Origin: Bacteroidales bacterium
Lineage (GTDB): Bacteria > Bacteroidota > Bacteroidia > Bacteroidales > FEN-979
Direction of reading: 5' to 3'
Assembly: GCA_016783905.1 (NCBI GenBank)
Contig: JADHVQ010000004.1
Span: 1-57,418 of the forward strand
DNA length: 57,418 nucleotides
The notes beneath the pieces are model-generated. The model searched no databases. It was not told the origin of the DNA and saw only the letters and a program-made list of their open reading frames with translations. Positions 47,941-57,418 of the stretch are shown one piece after another. Positions within the stretch are counted from its first letter, which is position 1. Each line of letters starts with the position of its first letter. Position numbers and translations under genes: made by a program.

Positions 47941-49365
47941 ATGAAACAGATCCTCATCACCAACATCAAAGAGCTCATCAACATCGAAGAGACCCCCCGT
48001 CCCTTCGTCGCCGGGAAAGAGATGTCTAACCTGAAAACCCTCAAAAACGCCTGGCTGCTGATCGAAGGCGACCGTATTAAGGATTTCGGATCAATGGAAA
48101 CGTTGCCATCTGACCTCCAATCCAGGCTCTCCGATTCTGGCATAAAACACTACGAACTCTTCGACACCACTTCACCACTGCACCATGGCACCACTGCCCC
48201 CCCCTCACCCCCCTCACCCCCCTCACCACCCTCACCACCAGTCCCCAGTCCCCAGTCCCCAGTCAAAACATTTCATCCGCTTCGTCAGTACGATGATCTG
48301 ACCGTTATCGACGCCACGAACCGCTTCGTTTTTCCCTCCTTCTGTGACTCCCATACCCATTTGGTCTATGCCGGAAGCCGGGAGATCGAGTATGTGGACA
48401 AGATCAAAGGATTCAGCTATGAAGAGATCGCCAAACGGGGTGGTGGGATCCTGAACTCGGCGAAACTGCTGCACGAAACCTCTGAGGAGGAGCTGGTGGA
48501 ACAGGCGATGGACAGGTTGAACGAAATCATCAGCCTGGGAACAGGGGCCGTGGAGATCAAGAGCGGTTATGGTCTCACCGTGGAAGATGAGCTAAAGATG
48601 CTGCGGGTGATCCGGAAGCTGAAGGAGTTATCTCCCCTTACGATTGTTTCTACCTTTCTGGGAGCACATGCTATTCCGGCCGGGTACGAGGGGAGGCAAA
48701 CCGATTATGTCGATTTGGTGATCAGCGAAATGATCCCGCAGGTAGCAACAGAAGAGCTGGCCGACTTCATTGATGTCTTCTGCGACAGGGGCTTCTTCAC
48801 CGTGGAGGATACCGACCGGATCCTCAATGCAGGGATGAAATACGGTCTGCGCCCTAAAATCCATGCCAATGAACTTGATTATTCGGGAGGCATCCAGGTA
48901 GGGGTGAAGCATAACGCGTTATCAGTCGATCACCTTGAATATACCGGCGATGCTGAGATCGCCTGCCTGCTGCAATCCGCAACCATGCCTGTCATCCTTC
49001 CCGGAGCTGCCTTTTTCCTGAATATGATTCATGCTCCGGCCCGGAAGATGATCGATGCCGGGCTACCGGTCGCATTCGCCAGTGACTTCAATCCCGGCTC
49101 CAGTCCAACCGGCAACATGCAACTGATCCTCTCCATGGCCTGCATCACCTACCGGCTGTTGCCCGAAGAAGCCATCCATGCAACCACCCTCAACGGAGCC
49201 TATGCCATGGGAGTGAGTGATGAACTGGGCAGCATTGCCCGCGGCAAGAGGGCCAACCTCTTCATCACCAAACCCATCTCCACCTATGAGTTCATGCCCT
49301 ATGCATACGGAAGTAATAAAGTCGATTCAGTTATCTTGAACGGCGAGTTTTGGATGTATAAATGA
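47941..49365 (+). CDS. hutI: Imidazolonepropionase with a low-complexity insertion
   Basis: DSHTHLV, GGGILNS, EIKSGYGL, GAHA, DVFCD.G.F, IHANEL, DHLE, SDFNPGS; start MKQIL at 47941. Confidence 0.95.
   Translation: MKQILITNIKELINIEETPRPFVAGKEMSNLKTLKNAWLLIEGDRIKDFGSMETLPSDLQSRLSDSGIKHYELFDTTSPLHHGTTAPPSPPSPPSPPSPPVPSPQSPVKTFHPLRQYDDLTVIDATNRFVFPSFCDSHTHLVYAGSREIEYVDKIKGFSYEEIAKRGGGILNSAKLLHETSEEELVEQAMDRLNEIISLGTGAVEIKSGYGLTVEDELKMLRVIRKLKELSPLTIVSTFLGAHAIPAGYEGRQTDYVDLVISEMIPQVATEELADFIDVFCDRGFFTVEDTDRILNAGMKYGLRPKIHANELDYSGGIQVGVKHNALSVDHLEYTGDAEIACLLQSATMPVILPGAAFFLNMIHAPARKMIDAGLPVAFASDFNPGSSPTGNMQLILSMACITYRLLPEEAIHATTLNGAYAMGVSDELGSIARGKRANLFITKPISTYEFMPYAYGSNKVDSVILNGEFWMYK
48165..48264 (+). 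repeat. Composite 8-, 9- and 7-mer arrays in frame inside hutI
   Basis: caccactt caccactg caccatgg caccactg; CCMCCCTCA x4; CAGTCCC x3. Confidence 0.9.
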
Positions 49366-49402
49366 AATTTCTTTTTTTTTCGTATCTTTGAATAATCATT
49401 GA

Positions 49403-49786
<384 letters not shown>

Positions 49787-49855
49787 GATTAATAGCCTCT
49801 CCCTATCTGTTGTATTTCTTCACGGAAGAGGTTTCATTAAATAATTCGAAAAATC

Positions 49856-51904
49856 CTAATTCGTAATTGTACTCAGCGCTTCCTCCGTCGCCTCCAGCAA
49901 CGGCCTGATGCTGATCTCCTCGCCCACGGCCTCTTTCATCCAGTACTGCGGGATGATGTCGCCTAACGTGTAAATCCGGAGCACTTCGTCGGCGAAGTTC
50001 TTTCCTTTCAGGTAGCCGTCAAGCTGGAAGTCGATCAGATGCCCTACCGGGTAGTTGGAGAGGTAGAGGGGGTTGTCGATCATATGGGAGTAGATGGCCA
50101 GGATAGGCGAATCGGTGATGCCGATTGCGTCTGCGAAGTGCTTGTTCCAGATCTCTTTGGCTTTGGTGATCACGGTTTCTTTCAGCTGGGCCGGAGTGGC
50201 ATCCGGGTGTTCGTACAACCACTTCCAAACAGCCATATCGACCAGCGATACGCCCATGATCTCATAGGAGCCCCAGAAGGTGTCGAGCGCCTCCATCGCC
50301 TCCTTGTTGGGATCGGTATTGGTAAATCCCAGAAGATCCAGGTCGCGTTTCTGGAAGGTAAAGGCAAGCGCTTCAGTGAAGGCGGTGTTGGGTACGCCCT
50401 GTAACATATAGTAATCCACGAAGTAAAGAGAGATGGTCTGCTCTACATTGTGCCCCAGTTCATGGATCGCGATATTGTATCCCTTGTAATCCATCCCGTT
50501 GGGACTCAACCGGGTGCGGAGATGCGCCTGGTCACCCTTCATCGCGGCACCCCAGGCATGGCCCGAACCCCGTGCCGGATCCACCGTGATGTGCGATGCG
50601 ATCTCGCGGGCTTTATCCGTTTTGAATCCCAGCTTCATCAGCATGTTGGGGATATCCTTCTCAAAGGCTTCCGTAGCGGGGAATTTCTTCATGGTCATCT
50701 GGTTGAGCAGATCCTGGTTGAGGGTGCTGCGGGCCTTGAAGCCGTCGTACCAGATATCGAACGGCTGGAGGTCGCGACCAAGTCGTGTTTTGATCAGTTC
50801 AGCCACTTTTTTGACCTGTTCCGACGAACAGAGATCGGTAAAGAGTTGTTCTACATCTGCCTGGGAGATCTCCATCCCATCGTCGAAAGCACGCTGGATG
50901 AATGTGGGGTATTGCGGTGTGTAGGGATCAATCGATTTCATCGCCTGGAAGTTGTTCAGCAGGGTGGCGTAACGGGTGTCGGGTTCGGGAGTTGCGCTCT
51001 CCTCAATCCCTTCCTTGTACACTTTGTTGGTAAGCGGGTTCCACTGCAGATCGGGATTGTCGATCACCGCTTCGGGAATGTCCTGGTTGATGATATGGAG
51101 CATCACTTCATAGATCATCTGCTGTTTCAGCAGGCCCTCCGCCCCTTTGTTGTAGTTGGCTTTGATCTCGTCGCGCAGGTTCCAGTGCGACAGCAGTTTC
51201 ATGTCCTTGTCGAAATGGGTCTGCATCTGGTCATCCACCAGGTGGCCAACCCAGATGTTGTAGTTGGAGATGTAGTTATCGGCAGCAGAGAGGGCTTCAG
51301 ATACCTGCTGGTTGACCTCAGCCGGAACACGTGAGGTGAACAGGTCGCCCATCCTGGCATAGGCCCACTCCAGACGCGTCCATTTGCTCGCATACGTTGT
51401 CTTCTCCTCCAGGGTGAAGTTCGGGAAATTCAATGCAGTGATGAAGGCGATTTTATTGGCAAAGAAATCGTCATCAAAATGGGACCCCGGACTGTAGGCT
51501 GCGAAAATCTCGTCGATGTCGAGCAGTTCGTAACTCGAGAGATGAATGGGCTCTTTCAGCTTCAGGCTCATCATATTCATATGGCCGAAAAGGGTTTCGA
51601 AGTTATCAGAGAGCCGGATAAACAATTTCTTCCGGGTCTCAGGATCGTTGACATAGTACGTTTCACAGAACGCTTCAAAATCAGCAGCTGTTCCGTCGCT
51701 TTCCCGCCACAGGGAGGCCACCTGGGGAACCCCTTTCGATACCCGGAACACGGCATCTTCTTCATAGTGGTCTACGATTTTATCTATCACCGCATCCACC
51801 GTAGCCTGTGGAATAAACTGGACGGTTTGTTCTTTTTTTACTTCCTGGCATTGGGTCAGCAACAACAGAGCAGGAAGCAACAAGAGGTAACAATGCTTTT
51901 TCAT
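49856..51904 (-). CDS. Lipoprotein gluzincin-type metallopeptidase (M3/M32-like)
   Basis: Lipobox-like LTQC; HELGH followed by AFTEALA and YLSNY. Confidence 0.7.
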   Translation of the reverse strand: MKKHCYLLLLPALLLLTQCQEVKKEQTVQFIPQATVDAVIDKIVDHYEEDAVFRVSKGVPQVASLWRESDGTAADFEAFCETYYVNDPETRKKLFIRLSDNFETLFGHMNMMSLKLKEPIHLSSYELLDIDEIFAAYSPGSHFDDDFFANKIAFITALNFPNFTLEEKTTYASKWTRLEWAYARMGDLFTSRVPAEVNQQVSEALSAADNYISNYNIWVGHLVDDQMQTHFDKDMKLLSHWNLRDEIKANYNKGAEGLLKQQMIYEVMLHIINQDIPEAVIDNPDLQWNPLTNKVYKEGIEESATPEPDTRYATLLNNFQAMKSIDPYTPQYPTFIQRAFDDGMEISQADVEQLFTDLCSSEQVKKVAELIKTRLGRDLQPFDIWYDGFKARSTLNQDLLNQMTMKKFPATEAFEKDIPNMLMKLGFKTDKAREIASHITVDPARGSGHAWGAAMKGDQAHLRTRLSPNGMDYKGYNIAIHELGHNVEQTISLYFVDYYMLQGVPNTAFTEALAFTFQKRDLDLLGFTNTDPNKEAMEALDTFWGSYEIMGVSLVDMAVWKWLYEHPDATPAQLKETVITKAKEIWNKHFADAIGITDSPILAIYSHMIDNPLYLSNYPVGHLIDFQLDGYLKGKNFADEVLRIYTLGDIIPQYWMKEAVGEEISIRPLLEATEEALSTITN

Positions 51905-51928
51905 GGATCTGGATTATTGATTTGGATC

Positions 51929-52014
51929 CAAATTTAGGAAAATTATAGAATAAGGAACACAGATAACGCAGATCAAAGCGGATTTTCACGGAAAACAGCT
52001 TTTTACTACCTTTG
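51929..52014. promoter_or_regulatory. Divergent -7 elements: TAAATTTG (-, 51929-51936) and TACCTTTG (+, 52007-52014)
   Basis: Exact TAnnTTTG matches flanking a degenerate ~9-mer array (acacagata acgcagatc ...). Confidence 0.55.
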
Positions 52015-52066
52015 TACTTCAGAATAAAAACTCATAACTCACCAACTCACCAACTCACCAGTTACC

Positions 52067-53752
52067 ATGAAGCAATTAATCGAATGTGTCCCCAACTTCT
52101 CCGAAGGATGCGATATGACCATCATCAAGCAGATCACTGACGAAATCGAGAAAGTAGAGGGAGCCAAATTGCTGGATGTTGATCCGGGCAAGGCAACCAA
52201 CCGCACGGTGGTGACCTTTGTTGGTACTCCGGATGCCGTGGTGGAAGCTGCTTTTGAGGCCATTAAAAAGGCTTCCCAGGTGATCGATATGAGCAAGCAT
52301 CATGGGGAGCATCCCCGGTTTGGAGCAACTGATGTGTGCCCTTTCGTCCCGGTAGCCAACATCTCGATGGAAGAGACCGCCGGCTATGCCCACAAACTTG
52401 CTGAACGGGTAGGCAATGAGCTGGAGATCCCCGTCTTTTGCTATGAAAATGCTGCTACTACCCCCGAACGTCGTAACCTGGCCAACTGCCGGGCCGGTGA
52501 ATACGAAGGATTGCCCGATAAACTGAAAGACCCGAAATGGAAACCCGACTTCGGTCCGGCTAAGTTCAATCCCAGGACTGGAGCCACCGCCATCGGTGCA
52601 CGCGACTTCCTTGTAGCCTACAACGTCAACCTGAATACCACCTCCACCAGGCGTGCCAATTCCGTGGCGTTTGACATCCGGGAACGGGGTCGTCCGGAGC
52701 GGAAAGGGAATCCGATCACCGGCAAAAAGAAACTGGACGAAAACGGGAAAGAGATCTGGATCCCAGGATCCCTGAAAGCCTGCAAGGCAATCGGCTGGTT
52801 CATCGAGGAGTATGGCATCGCCCAGATCTCGATCAACCTCACCAATATCAGCATCACCCCGGTGCATGTTGCCTTTGAGGAGACATGCAATAAAGCACAG
52901 GAACGTGGATTACGAGTCACCGGCTCGGAACTGGTAGGCCTCATCCCGAAAAAGGCCATGATCGATGCCGGAAAGTATTTTCTGAGAAAGCAAAACCGGT
53001 CGGTGGGTGTTTCGGAAGAGGAGATCATCAAAATCGCGGTGAAATCGCTCGGACTGGATGACCTGAAGCCGTTCAATCCCCATGAGAAGATCATAGAATA
53101 CCTGCTGGAAGATCCTGCACAGGAGAAACTGATCGGCATGACCTGCAAAGGCTTTGCCAATGAAACAGCTTCCGAATCCCCGGCGCCGGGAGGTGGGTCC
53201 GTATCGGCTTACATTGGGGCACTGGGTGTCTCCCTGGCAACCATGGTGGCCAATCTCTCATCTCATAAGGCCGACTGGGACGATCGCTGGGAGGAGTTTT
53301 CAGAATGGGCAGAGAAGGGGCAGCAGATCAAAGATGAACTGCTTTACCTGGTAGATGAAGATACCCGCGCATTCAACCGGATCATGGATGCCTTCGGCAT
53401 TCCGAAAGGAACCGATGAAGAGAGATCTGAACGGACGGCTGCCATCCAGGAGGCCACCAAATATGCGATCGAAGTTCCCTTCCTGACGATGAAACGTGCC
53501 TATGAATCCATGGAGATCATCAAAGCGATGGCGGAGAGCGGAAATCCAAATTCGGTGTCGGATGCCGGCGTAGGAGCCCTTTGTGCACGTTCCGCCGTGA
53601 TCGGCGCTTATTTGAATATGCAGATCAACGCCTCAGGATTGAAGGATCAGGCGTACCTTACCTCCCTGATGAAGGAAGCGAAAGAGATCGTGGAGAAGAC
53701 AAAAGCGAAAGAGGAGAAGATTCTGGAGATTGTTAAGTGTAAAATTGCATAG
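52067..53752 (+). CDS. ftcD: Glutamate formimidoyltransferase-cyclodeaminase
   Basis: ECVPNFSEG, TNRTVVT, HPRFGATDVCPF, GSELVGL, PAPGGGSVSA, SVSDAGVG. Confidence 0.95.
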   Translation: MKQLIECVPNFSEGCDMTIIKQITDEIEKVEGAKLLDVDPGKATNRTVVTFVGTPDAVVEAAFEAIKKASQVIDMSKHHGEHPRFGATDVCPFVPVANISMEETAGYAHKLAERVGNELEIPVFCYENAATTPERRNLANCRAGEYEGLPDKLKDPKWKPDFGPAKFNPRTGATAIGARDFLVAYNVNLNTTSTRRANSVAFDIRERGRPERKGNPITGKKKLDENGKEIWIPGSLKACKAIGWFIEEYGIAQISINLTNISITPVHVAFEETCNKAQERGLRVTGSELVGLIPKKAMIDAGKYFLRKQNRSVGVSEEEIIKIAVKSLGLDDLKPFNPHEKIIEYLLEDPAQEKLIGMTCKGFANETASESPAPGGGSVSAYIGALGVSLATMVANLSSHKADWDDRWEEFSEWAEKGQQIKDELLYLVDEDTRAFNRIMDAFGIPKGTDEERSERTAAIQEATKYAIEVPFLTMKRAYESMEIIKAMAESGNPNSVSDAGVGALCARSAVIGAYLNMQINASGLKDQAYLTSLMKEAKEIVEKTKAKEEKILEIVKCKIA

Positions 53753-53767
53753 ATCCTGAATTCCCAA

Positions 53768-53865
53768 CTCACCCCTAAATCCCCTGAAGGGGACTTGTTC
53801 CCGATTTGCATGCCCCCTGATTTCGCGTAGTGATGTAAGCCCCCTTTAGTGGATTTAGGGGTGAG
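53768..53865. repeat. Family A palindromic element with 15-bp perfect terminal inverted repeats
   Basis: CTCACCCCTAAATCC ... GGATTTAGGGGTGAG; shares the TAAATCCC(C)TGAAGGGGACTT core with 18554-18573. Confidence 0.85.
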
Positions 53866-53869
53866 GTGG

Positions 53870-54340
53870 CTAGTTTATCCAGATCGGCGCTTCATTCACC
53901 CCGTGACAGGAGTTGCAGTTCCCGGTATAGGCCAGAATAGGCATTGTTTTAATCGCTCCCGAGGTGCCCCTCATTTGAGGATAGGCCCCAAATGCGGGTA
54001 GGATGGAGGAGGTAGTAAAAAAATTTCCTACGGCATCAATCTCCAGGGTGGCGACGAGCAATCCGGTGCCTCCGAACTCAGACCAGAAATAGAGAATCCC
54101 GTTAGGCGATGGGGTGGTCTTGTCTGATTTGAAAACAGAACCGGCTACCGCAAAGTTGTATGTGGCAGTGTCGGCCGCAATGTGGCAACTCATGCAGATC
54201 TGTCCGTTTTTATGGCTGGTAGTTCCTCCGTTAACAGAATAAACAGGGTTGGAAGGAGGTGGAGGCTCCTTTTTGGAACAACCCACCCAGAGAAGAGTTG
54301 TAATTACTATCGTTGTGAATAAATATCTGGTTGGTTTCAT
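53870..54340 (-). CDS. Lipoprotein with two CXXCH motifs (putative diheme c-type cytochrome)
   Basis: Lipobox-like WVGC; CMSCH and CNSCH. Confidence 0.75.
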   Translation of the reverse strand: MKPTRYLFTTIVITTLLWVGCSKKEPPPPSNPVYSVNGGTTSHKNGQICMSCHIAADTATYNFAVAGSVFKSDKTTPSPNGILYFWSEFGGTGLLVATLEIDAVGNFFTTSSILPAFGAYPQMRGTSGAIKTMPILAYTGNCNSCHGVNEAPIWIN

Positions 54341-54405
54341 TTTAATGGAAATACGAAATACGAAATTAGGAGATTAATTCGTAAATCGAAAATCGTCATT
54401 CGTAA

Positions 54406-57400
54406 TTAATCTTTCAGGCATCTCCCCAGAAAAGCGTTGATCTTCCCTGCAGGATAGAACGAAACACTGGGAGTATACTCGATATCCACGACCACTTCGT
54501 TCATTCCATGTGCCCAGGCTTTTTCAGGGCCATGCCGTGTAGAGGACCAGAAAATGGAGGATCTCAGGAGCGGATCAGATGCCCTGAATCTCCAGACCGA
54601 GTTGTGGAACCGGATTCCTTCCAGCAAGGCATTGAATCCCGAATATCCTGATAACTTCAAAGCGCTTCCGGCAAAACCATTGGAGATATAAAAGTTGAAA
54701 AGTGTATTCCAATCGGCTTCGGTAGGAAGATGCCATCCGGGAGGACAAAATGCCTGAGCTCCGTTATCGGTCGTGTACTGCATCATCTCATTCCACTGAT
54801 AGAGGCCTCCGTAGGCGGTGCAGTTGGCCGGATTATCGTTGATGCAGTATTTCTCAGGAATACAATTGTCGCGCTGCACCTGGGAAGAGGCGATCACGAT
54901 CCCGTAATTCAGGTTGGTCGCCATCCAGCATTGCGTTCCAATTTCAACAGTCGGATAGATCCGGTTGTCACGGATATCAATAAGCGTATCGCCACAGTTA
55001 ATTAGTACTGGCTCCAGAATGGTGATATGGATCGAATCGATCCCGTCACATCCGTATGTATTGGCGTAGTAATAAGTGATGGTATGACGTCCGGTATCTG
55101 CCAGCGCCGGGAAGAATCGGCCATTATTCACCCCGGTCCCCGTAAAGGTGCCTCCGGGAGGATTTCCTCCTTTCAGGGTAAAGGGCTGAGATTCGGTTGT
55201 CAGCAAGGTGTCGTAACAGATCGTCAGGGAGACGACAGGAAGTGGATTGACAGTCGCCACCACGCTGTTTGGTGTCCCCACACACCCATTGGCTGTTGGG
55301 GTGACCTGGTAGGTCACTGTAGGGATCATATACCCCGAATTGTATAATGTATCCTGGATCAGATCTCCCGATCCGTTGCCATATCCGGTCACAGCCGGGG
55401 AGCTGCCGGTGGCTGTCCAGGAGAATGTGGTGCCGATCACATTGGACTGTAGGGACAGGTTCGTGACCTGTCCACTGCAAATTGATTCCCCGTTCGGTGT
55501 AAAGATCACATCCGCCACAGGGAAGACCACGACAATGAAATCGGTCGAATCGCCGGTACACCCGTTGGCGGTAGCGGCTACGCGGTAGGTCACGGAGTCA
55601 ATCGTATACCCGGTATTGGTCAATGTCTGCACAATCATGGATCCGGTTCCATTGTTGAATCCGGCCAGGTTAGTTGAACTGGCAAAGGCTCTCCAGGCAA
55701 AGGTCGGGCCGGTGACATCAGCCTGGAGGGTGATGGCGGTGGTGGCGTTGTTGCACTGGCTAAAGGAGGTCACCGGATTTGTCACCGCCGGTCGCGGATT
55801 GACAGTCAATACCACCGGCATGGTGGTTCCCGGCGGACACCCGTTTGCCGTAGGGGTCGCCTGGTAGGTGACCCATTCAATCGTCGCCCCTGAATTGGAA
55901 ATGGTCTGGGCGATCAGATCCCCGGAACCGTCGGAATAACCCGTCAGGTTTGGTGACGATGGGGTGGCGGTCCAGGTGAAGGTTGTACCGGTCACATGCG
56001 ACTGCAGGGACAGGTTCGAAACCTCTCCCTCGCACAGTGTCTCCCCATTCGGAATAAAATAGACGTCCGGCACCGGGAAAACGGTGAAGGTGTAATCGGT
56101 GACCGATCCCGGACACCCGCTGTTCTCCGGAGTGATGTGGTAAGTAACCGTTTCGTTATCGAATCCTGAATTGAAAAGGACCTGGTCAATGAGCGTATCC
56201 GGAACCATGCTGTTGGAATACCCGGTAACGTTGGATGAGCTGGGCGTACAGGTCCAGGAGAACTGGGTGCCGGCCACATTGGACTGCAGGGACAACCCGG
56301 TGGGTTGTCCATTGCAGATAGAAGAGTCCAACGGATTGTTGGTCAGGTAAGGGGAAGGTACCACGGTAACCACATAGTCGGATGTGTCTCCGGCACAACC
56401 GTTGGCGTGGGGAACGATCCGGTAGGTCACGGTTTCGTTCACATCCCCCAGGTTGATCAGGTTGTCATCAATCAGGGTGGCCGGGTTTGTATTATCGTTG
56501 TATCCGGTGATATTGGCCGAAGAACCATAGGCGGTCCAGGTAAACAGCGTCCCGGTCACGTTGGAGGTCAAGGTGATATCGGTGTTGTTATTATTGCAGA
56601 TCTCTTTGGCCAGCGGGGTGGTCGACAGGTCGGGAACAGGATAGACGGTGACCACAAAACTGGTATCTGCCCCATCGCACCCGTTGGCTGATGGAGTGAT
56701 GGTGTAGGTTACCGTTTCGATGTCGTCTCCGGTATTCATAAGCGTCTGATCCAGGATATCGGTTGGTATGGCATTATCCGAAAAGCCGGTGACATTGGCT
56801 GATGATCCGGTGGCGCTCCAGGTAAAAAGGGTTCCACTGACATTTGAGGTAAGGGTCACACCGGTTGGCTCTCCGTTGCAGATAGCGGTGTCGGGCGGAT
56901 CATTAGACATATCCGGAACAGGAAAGACGGTAACCACATATCCGGAATCCGGTCCCTGGCATCCGGCTGCTGTGGGCGTGACCTGGTAGGTCGCCCATTC
57001 GATGTCAAACCCCAGATTCGTCAGGGTCTGATTCAACAGGGTGGTTGGTGTTGTCTGATCGGAAAAACCGGTAACCAGCAACGAGGAACCGGTCACAGTC
57101 CAGGTGAACCAGGTATTGGTAACATCCGAGGTCAATGTTACATTCGGACCGGTATTGCTGCAGATCGAATCCCCTTTGGGCAGGTTGGTCAGGTGAGGCA
57201 GGGGTTTGACCCATTGGGTGAAGGTGGTGTCAAGACCGGTACAGTTGCCGGTGGCCGGGGTGATGGTATACAGCACACTGCCGGCCAGTGGATCGGGATT
57301 AAAGAGCTGCTGGGCAATCAGCGATCCGGAGCCATCGCTGAATCCATTGATGTTCCCGGCTCCCTGTGCAGCGATCCAGGTATAGGCTGTGCCCAGGACA

Positions 57401-57418
57401 GTGGATGTCAGGTTGATA
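54406..57418 (-). CDS. Large surface protein: tandem PKD-like Ig repeats plus C-terminal FISUMP (Fib_succ_major) domain (5'-partial)
   Basis: At least 7 full ~93-aa repeats (IC..L.S.V.GT.F.W...VTY..TP..NGC.G); then IG.QCWMA.NL, YGGLY.W, CP.GWHLP, FWSS, RCLKD; frame open to the right edge. Confidence 0.9.
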   Translation of the reverse strand, partial: INLTSTVLGTAYTWIAAQGAGNINGFSDGSGSLIAQQLFNPDPLAGSVLYTITPATGNCTGLDTTFTQWVKPLPHLTNLPKGDSICSNTGPNVTLTSDVTNTWFTWTVTGSSLLVTGFSDQTTPTTLLNQTLTNLGFDIEWATYQVTPTAAGCQGPDSGYVVTVFPVPDMSNDPPDTAICNGEPTGVTLTSNVSGTLFTWSATGSSANVTGFSDNAIPTDILDQTLMNTGDDIETVTYTITPSANGCDGADTSFVVTVYPVPDLSTTPLAKEICNNNNTDITLTSNVTGTLFTWTAYGSSANITGYNDNTNPATLIDDNLINLGDVNETVTYRIVPHANGCAGDTSDYVVTVVPSPYLTNNPLDSSICNGQPTGLSLQSNVAGTQFSWTCTPSSSNVTGYSNSMVPDTLIDQVLFNSGFDNETVTYHITPENSGCPGSVTDYTFTVFPVPDVYFIPNGETLCEGEVSNLSLQSHVTGTTFTWTATPSSPNLTGYSDGSGDLIAQTISNSGATIEWVTYQATPTANGCPPGTTMPVVLTVNPRPAVTNPVTSFSQCNNATTAITLQADVTGPTFAWRAFASSTNLAGFNNGTGSMIVQTLTNTGYTIDSVTYRVAATANGCTGDSTDFIVVVFPVADVIFTPNGESICSGQVTNLSLQSNVIGTTFSWTATGSSPAVTGYGNGSGDLIQDTLYNSGYMIPTVTYQVTPTANGCVGTPNSVVATVNPLPVVSLTICYDTLLTTESQPFTLKGGNPPGGTFTGTGVNNGRFFPALADTGRHTITYYYANTYGCDGIDSIHITILEPVLINCGDTLIDIRDNRIYPTVEIGTQCWMATNLNYGIVIASSQVQRDNCIPEKYCINDNPANCTAYGGLYQWNEMMQYTTDNGAQAFCPPGWHLPTEADWNTLFNFYISNGFAGSALKLSGYSGFNALLEGIRFHNSVWRFRASDPLLRSSIFWSSTRHGPEKAWAHGMNEVVVDIEYTPSVSFYPAGKINAFLGRCLKD

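Noticed and set aside
54406-54560. Complete DGR targeting the FISUMP 3' end
   Set aside because: No reverse transcriptase and no near-duplicate template repeat seen in the window.

Overview
Chromosomal segment of a Bacteroidota (Bacteroidales-like) bacterium, judged from gene content and recurring TAnnTTTG promoter motifs. About 45 genes. Cell envelope: murL-murD2-like genes with a glucosaminidase/LysM autolysin; a GT4/wzx/two wzz/waaL-like glycan cluster; lpxD-lpxC/fabZ-lpxA; an NlpC/P60 peptidase. Housekeeping and regulation: rnhB, purD, efp, tsaE, ald, aroB, aroA, tex, hutI, ftcD, feoAB, porX. Secreted proteins: two T9SS C10 peptidases, plus partial Kelch and PKD-like/FISUMP genes at the window ends. 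No integrase, transposase, reverse transcriptase, CRISPR array or complete RNA gene was seen. The unusual signal is the repeat landscape. (1) efp plus an lpxD paralog sits between ~80-bp inverted repeats and faces opposite to the lpx operon it probably belongs to. (2) Many different 7-9-nt tandem arrays and GC-rich palindromes occupy gene junctions, often on start or stop codons. They also form in-frame insertions in aroA (16 heptamer copies), hutI, murL, wbqC, an autolysin signal peptide and a C10 peptidase. Also seen: an orphan tRNA 3' half at the edge of an AT-rich glycan segment, an internally deleted thioredoxin, and an HD hydrolase with no canonical start codon before its conserved N-terminal motif.
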